From NCBI GenBank assembly GCA_964016885.1, contig OZ024757.1, positions 10,602,001-10,666,000 on the forward strand: a DNA stretch of 64,000 bases, given 5' to 3'. Each line of letters opens with the position of its first letter. Position 1 is the first letter of the stretch. This document shows positions 1-12,000 of this stretch, piece after piece. The position numbers and the translations under genes were made by a program. This stretch comes from Eledone cirrhosa. Taxonomy: Eukaryota. Below the pieces are notes generated by a model, which saw nothing but the letters and a program-made list of their open reading frames with translations, had not been told where the DNA came from and did no database searches.

Positions 1-3000
1 TAGTGTTGATGGTGGTGGCGGTGGTGGTAGTGTTGATGGTGGTGCTGGTGGTGGTAGTGTTGATGGTGGTGGTGGTGGTGGTACTGTTGATGGTGGTGGA
101 GGTGGTGGTGGTAGTGTTGATGGTGGTGGCGGTGGTGGTGGTAGTGTTGATGGTGGTGGTGGTAGTGTTGATGGTGGTGGCGTGGTGGTAGTGTTGATGG
201 CGGTGGCGGTGGTGGTAGTGTTGATGGTGGTGGCGGTGGTGGTAGTGTTGATCGTGGTGGCGGTGGTGGTAGTGTTGAGTGTGGTGGAGGTGTTGGTGGT
301 AGTGTTGATGGTGGTGGCGGTGGTGGTGGTAGTGTTGATGGTGGTGGCGGTGGTGGTAGTGTTGATGGTGGTGGCGGTGGTGGTAGTGTTGAGTGTGGTG
401 GAGGTGTTGGTGGTAGTGTTGATGGTGGTGGCGGTGGTGGTGGTAGTGTTTCTGGTGGTGGCGGTGGTGGTAGAGTTGATGGTGATGGTGGTGGTGGTAG
501 TGTTGATGGTGGTGGCGGTGGTGGTAGTGTTGATGGTGGTGGCGGTGGTGGTAGTGTTGATGGTGCTGGAGGTGTTGGTGGTAGTGTTGATGGTGGTGGC
601 GGTGGTGGTGGTAGTGTTGATGGTGGTGGCGGTGGTGGTAGTGTTGATGGTGGTGGCGGTGGTGGTAGTGTTGATCGTGGTGGTGGTGGTGGCAGTGTTG
701 ATGGTGGTGGCGGTGGTGATGGTAGTTTTGATGGTGATGGCGGTGGTGGTGGTAGTGTTGTTGGTGGTGGCGGTGGTGGTAGTGTTGATGGTGGTGGCGG
801 TGGTGGTAGTGTTGATGGTGGAGGTGGTGGTGGTAGTGTTGATGGTGGTGGCGGTGGTGGTGGTAGTGTTGATGGTGGTGGCGGTGGTGGTAGTGTTGAT
901 GGTGGTGGCGGTGGTGGTAGTGTTGATGGTGGTGGCGGTGGTGGTAGTGTTGATGGTGGTGGTGGCGGTGGTGGTAGTGTTGATGGTGGTTGCGGTGGTG
1001 GTGGTAGTGTTGATGGTGGTGGCGGTGGAGGTAGTGTTGATGGTGGTGGCGGTGGAGGTAGTGTTGATGGTGGTGGCGGTGGTGGTAGTGTTGAGTATGG
1101 TGGAGGTGTTGGTGGTAGTGTTGATGGTGCTGGAGGTGTTGGTGGTAGTGTTGATGGTGGTGGCGGTGGTGGTGGTAGTGTTGATGGTGGTGGCGGTAGT
1201 GGTGGTAGTGTTGATGTTGATGGCGGTGGTGGTAGTGTTGATGGTGGTGGCGGAGGTGGTAGTGTTGATGGTGGTGGTGGTGGTGCTAGTGTTGATGGTG
1301 GTGGTGGTTGTGGTACTGTTGATGGTGGTGGAGGTGGTGGTGGTAGTGTTGATGGTGGTGGCGGTGGTGGTGGTAGTGTTGATGGTGGTGGTGGTAGTGT
1401 TGATGGTGGTGGCGGTGGTGGTAGTGTTGATGGCGGTGGCGGTGGTGGTAGTGTTGATGGTGATGGCGGTGGTGGTAGTGTTGATGGTGGAGGTGGTGGT
1501 GGTAGTGTTGATGGTGGTGGCGGTGGTGGTGGTAGTGTTGATGGTGGTGGCGGTGGTGGTAGAGTTGATGGTGATGGCGGTGGTGGTAGTGTTGATGGTG
1601 GTGGCGGTGGTGGTAGTGTTGATGGTGGTGGCGGTGGTGGTAGTGTTGAGTGTGGTGGAGGTGTTGGTGGTAGTGTTGATGGTGGTGGCGGTGGTGGTGG
1701 TAGTGTTGATGGTGGTGGCGATGGTGGTAGTGTTGAGTGTGGTGGAGGTGTTGGTGGTAGTGTTGATGGTGGTGGCGGTGGTGGTGGTAGTGTTTCTGGT
1801 GGTGGCGGTGGTGGTAGAGTTGATGGTGATAGTGGTGGTGGTAGTGTTGATGGTGGTGGCGGTGGTGGTAGTGTTGATGGTGGTGGCGGTGGTGGTAGTG
1901 TTGATGGTGCTGGAGGTGTTGGTGGTAGTGTTGATGGTGGTGGCGGTGGTGGTGGTAGTGTTGATGGTGGTGGCGGTGGTGGTAGTGTTGATGGTGGTGT
2001 CGGTGTAGGTAGTGTTGATCGTGGTGGTGGTGGTGGCAGTGTTGATGGTGGTGGCGGTGGTGATGGTAGTTTTGATGGTGGTGGCGGTGGTGGTGGTAGT
2101 GTTGTTGGTGGTGGCGGTGGTGGTAGTGTTGATGGTGGTGGCGTTGGTGGTAGTATTGATGATGGTGGCGGTGGTGGTGGTAGTGTTGATGGTGGTGGCG
2201 GTGGTGGTACTGTTGATGGTGGTGGAGGTGGTGGTGGTAGTGTTGATGGTGGTGGCGGTGGTGGTGGTAGTGTTGATGCTGGTGGCGGTGGTGGTAGAGT
2301 TGATGGTGATGGCGGTGGTGGTAGTGTTGATGGTGGAGGTGGTGGTGGTAGTGTTGATGGTGGTGGCGGTGGTGGTGGTAGTGTTGATGGTGGTGGCGGT
2401 GGTGGTAGTGTTGATGGTGGTGGCGGTGGTGGTAGTGTTGATGGTGGTGGCGGTGGTGGTAGTGTTGGTGGTGGTGGTGGCGGTGGTGGTAGTGTTGATG
2501 GTGGTTGCGGTGGTGGTGGTAGTGTTGATGGTGGTGGCGGAGGTGGTAGAGTTGATGGTGATGGCGGTGGTGGTAGTGTTGATGGTGGTGGCGGTGGAGG
2601 TAGTGTTGATGGTGGTGGCGGTGGTGGTAGTGTTGAGTATGGTGGAGGTGTTTGTGGTAGTGTTGATGGTGGTGGCGGTGGTGGTGGTAGTGTTGATGGT
2701 GGTGGCGGTGGTGGTAGAGTTGATGGTGATGGTGGTGGTGGTAGTGTTGATGGTGGTGGCGGTGGTGGTAGTGTTGATGGTGGTGGCGGTGGTGGTAGTG
2801 TTGATGGTGCTGGAGGTGTTGGTGGTAGTGTTGATGGTGGTGGCGGTGGTGGTGGTAGTGTTGATGGTGGTGGCGGTGGTGGTAGTGTTGATGGTGGTGG
2901 CGGTGGTGGTGGTGGTGGCAGTGTTGATGGTGGTGGCGGTGGTGATGGTAGTTTTGATGGTGGTGGCGGTGGTGGTGGTAGTGTTGTTGGTGGTGGCGGT

Positions 3001-6000
3001 GGTGGTAGTGTTGATGGTGGTGGCGGTGGTGGTAGTATTGATGATGGTGGCGGTGGTGGTGGTTGTGTTGATGGTGGTGGCGGTGGTGGTACTGTTGATG
3101 GTGGTGGAGGTTGTGGTGGTAGTGTTGATGGTGGTGGCGGTGGTGGTGGTAGTGTTGATGGTGGTGGCGGTGGTGGTAGAGTTGATGGTGGTGGCGGTGG
3201 TGCTGGTAGTGTTGATGGTGGTGACTGTGGTGGTGGTAGTGTTGATGGTGGTGGCGGTGGTGGTAGTGTTCATGGTGGTGGCGGTGGTGGTAGTGTTGAT
3301 GGTGGTGGTGCTAGTGTTGATGATGGTGGCGGTGGTGTTAGTGTTGATGGCGGTGGCGGTGGTGGTAGTGTTGATGGTGATGGCGGTGGTGGTAGTGTTG
3401 ATGGTGGAGGTGGTGGTGGTAGTGTTGATGGTGGTGGCGGTGGTGGTGGTAGTGTTGATGGTGGTGGCCGTGGTGGTAGAGTTGATGGTGATGGCGGTGG
3501 TGGTAGTGTTGATGGTGGAGGTGGTGGTGGTAGTGTTGATGGTGGTGGCGCTGGTGGTGGTAGTGTTGATGGTGGTGGCGGTGGTGGTAGTGTTGATGGT
3601 GGTGGCGGTGGTGGTAGTGTTGATGGTGGTGGCGGTGGTGGTAGTGTTGATGGTGGTGGTGGCGGTGGTGGTAGTGTTGATGGTGGTTGCGGTGGTGGTG
3701 GTAGTGTTGATGGTGGTGGCGGAGGTGGTAGAGTTGATGGTGATGGCGGTGGTGGTAGTGTTGATGGTGGTGGCGGTGGAGGTAGTGTTGATGGTGGTGG
3801 CGGTGGTGGTAGTGTTGAGTATGGTGGAGGTGTTGGTGGTAGTGTTGATGGTGGTGGCGGTGGTGGTGGTAGTGTTGATGGTGGTGGCGGTGGTGGTAGA
3901 GTTGATGGTGATGGTGGTGGTGGTAGTGTTGATGGTGGTGGCGGTGGTGGTAGTGTTGATGGTGGTGGCGATGGTGGTAGTGTTGATGGTGCTGGAGGTG
4001 TTGGTGGTAGTGTTGATGGTGGTGGCGGTGGTGGTGGTAGTGTTGATGGTGGTGGCGGTGGTGGTAGAGTTGATGGTGATGGCGGTGGTGGTAGTGTTGA
4101 TGGTGGTGGCGGTGGTGGTAGTGTTGATGGTGGTGGCGGTGGTGGTAGTGTTGAGTGTGGTGGAGGTGTTGGTGGTAGTGTTGATGGTGGTGGCGGTGGT
4201 GGTGGTAGTGTTGATGGTGGTGGCGATGGTGGTAGAGTTGATGGTGATGGTGGTGGTGGTAGTGTTGATGGTGGTGGCGGTGGTGGTAGTGTTGATGGTG
4301 GTGGCGGTGGTGGTAGTGTTGATGGTGCTGGAGGTGTTGGTGGTAGTGTTGATGGTGGTGGCGGTGGTGGTGGTAGTGTTGATGGTGGTGGCGGTGTTGG
4401 TTGTGTTGATCGTGGTGGTGGTGGTGGCAGTGTTGATGGTGGTGGCGGTGGTGATGGTAGTTTTGATGGTGGTGGCGGTGGTGGTGGTAGTGTTGTTGGT
4501 GGTGGCGGTGGTGGTAGTGTTGATGGTGGTGGCGGTGGTGGTAGTATTGATGATGGTGGCGGTGGTGGTGGTAGTGTTGATGGTGGTGGCGGTGGTGGTA
4601 CTGTTGATGGTGGTGGAGGTGGTGGTGGTAGTGTTGATGGTGGTGGCGGTGGTGGTGGTAGTGTTGATGCTGGTGGCGGTGGTGGTAGAGTTGATGGTGA
4701 TGGCGGTGGTGGTAGTGTTGATGGTGGAGGTGGTGGTGGTAGTGTTGATGGTGGTGGCGGTGGTGGTGGTAGTGTTGATGGTGGTGGCGGTGGTGGTAGT
4801 GTTGATGGTGGTGGCGGTGGTGGTAGTGTTGATGGTGGTGGCGGTGGTGGTAGTGTTGATGGTGGTGGTGGCGGTGGTGGTAGTGTTGATGGTGGTTGCG
4901 GTGGTGGTGGTAGTGTTGATGGTGGTGGCGGAGGTGGTAGAGTTGATGGTGATGGCGGTGGTGGTAGTGTTGATGGTGGTGGCGGTGGTGGTAGTGTTGA
5001 TGGTGGTGGCGGTGGTGGTAGTGTTGATGGTGGTGGCGGTGGTGGTAGTGTTGATGGTGGTGGTGGCGGTGGTGGTAGTGTTGATGGTGGTTGCGGTGGT
5101 GGTGGTAGTGTTGATGGTGGTGGCGGAGGTGGTAGAGTTGATGGTGATGGCGGTGGTGGTAGTGTTGATGGTGGTGGCGGTGGTGGTAGTGTTGATGGTG
5201 GTGGCGGTGGTGGTAGTGTTGATGGTGGTGGCGGTGGTGGTAGTGTTGATGGTGGTGGCGGTGGTGGTAGTGTTGATGGTGCTGGAGGTGTTGGTGGTAG
5301 TGTTGATGGTGGTGGCGGTGGTGGTGGTAGTGTTGATGGTGGTGGCGGTAGTGGTGGTAGTGTTGATGTTGATGGCGGTGGTGGTAGTGTTGATGGTGGT
5401 GGCGGAGGTGGTAGTGTTGATGGTGGTGGTGGTGGTGGTACTGTTGATGGTGGTGGAGGTGGTGGTGGTAGTGTTGATGGTGGTGGCGGTGGTGGTGGTA
5501 GTGTTGATGGTGGTAGTGTTGATGGTGGTGGCGGTGGTGGTAGTGTTGATGGCGGTAGCGGTGGTGGTAGTGTTGATGGTGATGGCGGTGGTGGTAGTGT
5601 TGATGGTGGAGGTGGTGGTGGTAGTGTTGATGGTGGTGGCGGTGGTGGTGGTAGTGTTGATGGTGGTGGCGGTGGTGGTAGAGTTGATGGTGATGGCGGT
5701 GGTGGTAGTGTTGATGGTGGTGGTGCTGGTGGTAGTGTTGATGGTGGTGGCGGTGGTGGTAGTGTTGAGTGTGGTGGAGGTGTTGGTGGTAGTGTTGATG
5801 GTGGTGGCGGTGGTGGTGGTAGTGTTGATGGTGATGGCGGTGGTGTTAGTGTTGATGGTGGTGGCGGTGGTGGTAGTGTTGATGGTGGTGGCGGTGGTGG
5901 TACTGTTGATGGTGGCGGTGGCGGTGGTGGTAGTGTTGATGGTGGTGGCGGTGGTGGTGGTAGTGTTGATGGTGGTGGCGGTGGTGGTAGAGTTGATGGT

Positions 6001-9000
6001 GATGGCGGTGGTGGTAGTGTTGATGGAGGTGGCGGTGGTGGTAGTGTTGATGGTGGTGGCGGTGGTGGTAGTGTTGATGGTGATAGCGGTGGTGGTAGTG
6101 TTGATGGTGGAGGTGGTGGTGGTAGTGTTGATGGTGGTGGCGGTGGTGGTGGTAGTGTTGATGGTGGTGGCGGTGGTGGTAGAGTTGATGGTGATGGCGG
6201 TGGTGGTAGTGTTGATGGTGGTGGCGGTGGTGGTAGTGTTGATGGTGGTGGCGGTGGTGGTAGTGTTGAGTGTGGTGGAGGTGTTGGTGGTAGTGTTGAT
6301 GGTGGTGGAGGTGGTGGTGGTAGTGTTGATGGTGGTGGCGGTGGTGTTAGTGTTGATGGTGGTGGCGGTGGTGGTAGTGTTGATGGAGGTGGCGGTGGTG
6401 GTACTGTTGATGGTGGCGGTGGCGGAGGTGGTAGTGTTGATGGTGGTGGCGGTGGTGGTGGTAGTGTTGATGGTGGTGGCGGTGGTGGTAGTGTTGATGG
6501 TGGTGGCGGTGGTGGTAGTGTTGATGGTGGTGGCGGTGGTGGTAGTGTTGATGGTGGTGGTGGCGGTGGTGGTAGTGTTGATGGTGGTTGCGGTGGTGGT
6601 GGTAGTGTTGATGGTGGTGGCGGAGGTGGTAGAGTTGATGGTGATGGCGGTGGTGGTAGTGTTGATGGTGGTGGCGGTGGTGGTAGTGTTGATGGTGGTG
6701 GCGGTGGTGGTAGTGTTGATGGTGGTGGCGGTGGTGGTAGTGTTGATGGTGGTGGTGGCGGTGGTGGTAGTGTTGATGGTGGTTGCGGTGGTGGTGGTAG
6801 TGTTGATGGTGGTGGCGGAGGTGGTAGAGTTGATGGTGATGGCGGTGGTGGTAGTGTTGATGGTGGTGGCGGTGGTGGTAGTGTTGATGGTGGTGGCGGT
6901 GGTGGTAGTGTTGATGGTGGTGGCGGTGGTGGTAGTGTTGATGGTGGTGGCGGTGGTGGTAGTGTTGATGGTGCTGGAGGTGTTGGTGGTAGTGTTGATG
7001 GTGGTGGCGGTAGTGGTGGTAGTGTTGATGGTGGTGGCGGTGGTGGTGGTAGTGTTGATGGTGGTGGCGATGGTGGTAGAGTTGATGGTGATGGTGGTGG
7101 TGGTAGTGTTGATGGTGGTGGCGGTGGTGGTAGTGTTGATGGTGGTGGCGGTGGTGGTAGTGTTGATGGTGCTGGAGGTGTTGGTGGTAGTGTTGATGGT
7201 GGTGGCGGTGGTGGTGGTAGTGTTGATGGTGGTGGCGGTGTTGGTTGTGTTGATCGTGGTGGTGGTGGTGGCAGTGTTGATGGTGGTGGCGGTGGTGATG
7301 GTAGTTTTGATGGTGGTGGCGGTGGTGGTGGTAGTGTTGTTGGTGGTGGCGGTGGTGGTAGTGTTGATGGTGGTGGCGGTGGTGGTAGTATTGATGATGG
7401 TGGCGGTGGTGGTGGTAGTGTTGATGGTGGTGGCGGTGGTGGTACTGTTGATGGTGGTGGAGGTGGTGGTGGTAGTGTTGATGGTGGTGGCGGTGGTGGT
7501 GGTAGTGTTGATGCTGGTGGCGGTGGTGGTAGAGTTGATGGTGATGGCGGTGGTGGTAGTGTTGATGGTGGAGGTGGTGGTGGTAGTGTTGATGGTGGTG
7601 GCGGTGGTGGTGGTAGTGTTGATGGTGGTGGCGGTGGTGGTAGTGTTGATGGTGGTGGCGGTGGTGGTAGTGTTGATGGTGGTGGCGGTGGTGGTAGTGT
7701 TGATGGTGGTGGTGGCGGTGGTGGTAGTGTTGATGGTGGTTGCGGTGGTGGTGGTAGTGTTGATGGTGGTGGCGGAGGTGGTAGAGTTGATGGTGATGGC
7801 GGTGGTGGTAGTGTTGATGGTGGTGGCGGTGGTGGTAGTGTTGATGGTGGTGGCGGTGGTGGTAGTGTTGATGGTGGTGGCGGTGGTGGTAGTGTTGATG
7901 GTGGTGGTGGCGGTGGTGGTAGTGTTGATGGTGGTTGCGGTGGTGGTGGTAGTGTTGATGGTGGTGGCGGAGGTGGTAGAGTTGATGGTGATGGCGGTGG
8001 TGGTAGTGTTGATGGTGGTGGCGGTGGTGGTAGTGTTGATGGTGGTGGCGGTGGTGGTAGTGTTGATGGTGGTGGCGGTGGTGGTAGTGTTGATGGTGGT
8101 GGCGGTGGTGGTAGTGTTGATGGTGCTGGAGGTGTTGGTGGTAGTGTTGATGGTGGTGGCGGTGGTGGTGGTAGTGTTGATGGTGGTGGCGGTAGTGGTG
8201 GTAGTGTTGATGTTGATGGCGGTGGTGGTAGTGTTGATGGTGGTGGCGGAGGTGGTAGTGTTGATGGTGGTGGTGGTGGTGGTACTGTTGATGGTGGTGG
8301 AGGTGGTGGTGGTAGTGTTGATGGTGGTGGCGGTGGTGGTGGTAGTGTTGATGGTGGTAGTGTTGATGGTGGTGGCGGTGGTGGTAGTGTTGATGGCGGT
8401 AGCGGTGGTGGTAGTGTTGATGGTGATGGCGGTGGTGGTAGTGTTGATGGTGGAGGTGGTGGTGGTAGTGTTGATGGTGGTGGCGGTGGTGGTGGTAGTG
8501 TTGATGGTGGTGGCGGTGGTGGTAGAGTTGATGGTGATGGCGGTGGTGGTAGTGTTGATGGTGGTGGTGCTGGTGGTAGTGTTGATGGTGGTGGCGGTGG
8601 TGGTAGTGTTGAGTGTGGTGGAGGTGTTGGTGGTAGTGTTGATGGTGGTGGCGGTGGTGGTGGTAGTGTTGATGGTGATGGCGGTGGTGTTAGTGTTGAT
8701 GGTGGTGGCGGTGGTGGTAGTGTTGATGGTGGTGGCGGTGGTGGTACTGTTGATGGTGGCGGTGGCGGTGGTGGTAGTGTTGATGGTGGTGGCGGTGGTG
8801 GTGGTAGTGTTGATGGTGGTGGCGGTGGTGGTAGAGTTGATGGTGATGGCGGTGGTGGTAGTGTTGATGGTGGTGGCGGTGGTGGTAGTGTTGATGGTGG
8901 TGGCGGTGGTGGTAGTGTTGATGGTGATAGCGGTGGTGGTAGTGTTGATGGTGGAGGTGGTGGTGGTAGTGTTGATGGTGGTGGCGGTGGTGGTGGTAGT

Positions 9001-12000
9001 GTTGATGGTGGTGGCGGTGGTGGTAGAGTTGATGGTGATGGCGGTGGTGGTAGTGTTGATGGTGGTGGCGGTGGTGGTAGTGTTGATGGTGGTGGCGGTG
9101 GTGGTAGTGTTGAGTGTGGTGGAGGTGTTGGTGGTAGTGTTGATGGTGGTGGAGGTGGTGGTGGTAGTGTTGATGGTGGTGGCGGTGGTGTTAGTGTTGA
9201 TGGTGGTGGCGGTGGTGGTAGTGTTGATGGAGGTGGCGGTGGTGGTACTGTTGATGGTGGCGGTGGCGGAGGTGGTAGTGTTGATGGTGGTGGCGGTGGT
9301 GGTGGTAGTGTTGATGGTGGTGGCGGTGGTGGTAGTGTTGATGGTGGTGGCGGTGGTGGTAGTGTTGAGTATGGTGGAGGTGTTGGTGGTAGTGTTGATG
9401 GTGCTGGAGGTGTTGGTGGTAGTGTTGATGGTGGTGGCGGTGGTGGTGGTAGTGTTGATGGTGGTGGCGGTAGTGGTGGTAGTGTTGATGTTGATGGCGG
9501 TGGTGGTAGTGTTGATGGTGGTGGCGGAGGTGGTAGTGTTGATGGTGGTGGTGGTGGTGCTAGTGTTGATGGTGGTGGTGGTGGTGGTACTGTTGATGGT
9601 GGTGGAGGTGGTGGTGGTAGTGTTGATGGTGGTGGCGGTGGTGGTGGTAGTGTTGATGGTGGTGGTGGTAGTGTTGATGGTGGTGGCGGTGGTGGTAGTG
9701 TTGATGGCGGTGGCGGTGGTGGTAGTGTTGATGGTGATGGCGGTGGTGGTAGTGTTGATGGTGGAGGTGGTGGTGGTAGTGTTGATGGTGGTGGCGGTGG
9801 TGGTGGTAGTGTTGATGGTGGTGGCGGTGGTGGTAGAGTTGATGGTGATGGCGGTGGTGGTAGTGTTGATGGTGGTGGCGGTGGTGGTAGTGTTGATGGT
9901 GGTGGCGGTGGTGGTAGTGTTGAGTGTGGTGGAGGTGTTGGTGGTAGTGTTGATGGTGGTGGCGGTGGTGGTAGTGTTGATGGTGGTGGCGATGGTGGTA
10001 GTGTTGAGTGTGGTGGAGGTGTTGGTGGTAGTGTTGATGGTGGTGGCGGTGGTGGTGGTAGTGTTTCTGGTGGTGGCGGTGGTGGTAGAGTTGATGGTGA
10101 TAGTGGTGGTGGTAGTGTTGATGGTGGTGGCGGTGGTGGTAGTGTTGATGGTGGTGGCGGTGGTGGTAGTGTTGATGGTGCTGGAGGTGTTGGTGGTAGT
10201 GTTGATGGTGGTGGCGGTGGTGGTGGTAGTGTTGATGGTGGTGGCGGTGGTGGTAGTGTTGATGGTGGTGTCGGTGTAGGTAGTGTTGATCGTGGTGGTG
10301 GTGGTGGCAGTGTTGATGGTGGTGGCGGTGGTGATGGTAGTTTTGATGGTGGTGGCGGTGGTGGTGGTAGTGTTGTTGGTGGTGGCGGTGGTGGTAGTGT
10401 TGATGGTGGTGGCGTTGGTGGTAGTATTGATGATGGTGGCGGTGGTGGTGGTAGTGTTGATGGTGGTGGCGGTGGTGGTACTGTTGATGGTGGTGGAGGT
10501 GGTGGTGGTAGTGTTGATGGTGGTGGCGGTGGTGGTGGTAGTGTTGATGCTGGTGGCGGTGGTGGTAGAGTTGATGGTGATGGCGGTGGTGGTAGTGTTG
10601 ATGGTGGAGATGGTGGTGGTAGTGTTGATGGTGGTGGCGGTGGTGGTGGTAGTGTTGATGGTGGTGGCGGTGGTGGTAGTGTTGATGGTGGTGGCGGTGG
10701 TGGTAGTGTTGATGGTGGTGGCGGTGGTGGTAGTGTTGGTGGTGGTGGTGGCGGTGGTGGTAGTGTTGATGGTGGTTGCGGTGGTGGTGGTAGTGTTGAT
10801 GGTGGTGGCGGAGGTGGTAGAGTTGATGGTGATGGCGGTGGTGGTAGTGTTGATGGTGGTGGCGGTGGAGGTAGTGTTGATGGTGGTGGCGGTGGTGGTA
10901 GTGTTGAGTATGGTGGAGGTGTTGGTGGTAGTGTTGATGGTGGTGGCGGTGGTGGTGGTAGTGTTGATGGTGGTGGCGGTGGTGGTAGAGTTGATGGTGA
11001 TGGTGGTGGTGGTAGTGTTGATGGTGGTGGCGGTGGTGGTAGTGTTGATGGTGGTGGCGGTGGTGGTAGTGTTGATGGTGCTGGAGGTGTTGGTGGTAGT
11101 GTTGATGGTGGTGGCGGTGGTGGTGGTAGTGTTGATGGTGGTGGCGGTGGTGGTAGTGTTGACGGTGGTGGCGGTGGTGGTGGTGGTGGCAGTGTTGATG
11201 GTGGTGGCGGTGGTGATGGTAGTTTTGATGGTGGTGGCGGTGGTGGTGGTAGTGTTGTTGGTGGTGGCGGTGGTGGTAGTGTTGATGGTGGTGGCGGTGG
11301 TGGTAGTATTGATGATGGTGGCGGTGGTGGTGGTAGTGTTGATGGTGGTGGCGGTGGTGGTACTGTTGATGGTGGTGGAGGTTGTGGTGGTAGTGTTGAT
11401 GGTGGTGGCGGTGGTGGTGGTAGTGTTGATGGTGGTGGCGGTGGTGGTAGAGTTGATGGTGGTGGCGGTGGTGCTGGTAGTGTTGATGGTGGTGACTGTG
11501 GTGGTGGTAGTGTTGATGGTGGTGGCGGTGGTGGTAGTGTTCATGGTGGTGGCGGTGGTGGTAGTGTTGATGGTGGTGGTGCTAGTGTTGATGATGGTGG
11601 CGGTGGTGTTAGTGTTGATGGCGGTGGCGGTGGTGGTAGTGTTGATGGTGATGGCGGTGGTGGTAGTGTTGATGGTGGAGGTGGTGGTGGTAGTGTTGAT
11701 GGTGGTGGCGGTGGTGGTGGTAGTGTTGATGGTGGTGGCCGTGGTGGTAGAGTTGATGGTGATGGCGGTGGTGGTAGTGTTGATGGTGGAGGTGGTGGTG
11801 GTAGTGTTGATGGTGGTGGCGGTGGTGGTGGTAGTGTTGATGGTGGTGGCGGTGGTGGTAGTGTTGATGGTGGTGGCGGTGGTGGTAGTGTTGATGGTGG
11901 TGGCGGTGATGGTAGTGTTGATGGTGGTGGTGGCGGTGGTGGTAGTGTTGATGGTGGTTGCGGTGGTGGTGGTAGTGTTGATGGTGGTGGCGGAGGTGGT

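Noticed and set aside
2278-2285. Chi-like GCTGGTGG octamers in some variant units
   Set aside because: They are one substitution from the GGTGGTGG background and expected by chance. Nothing supports a bacterial RecBCD context.
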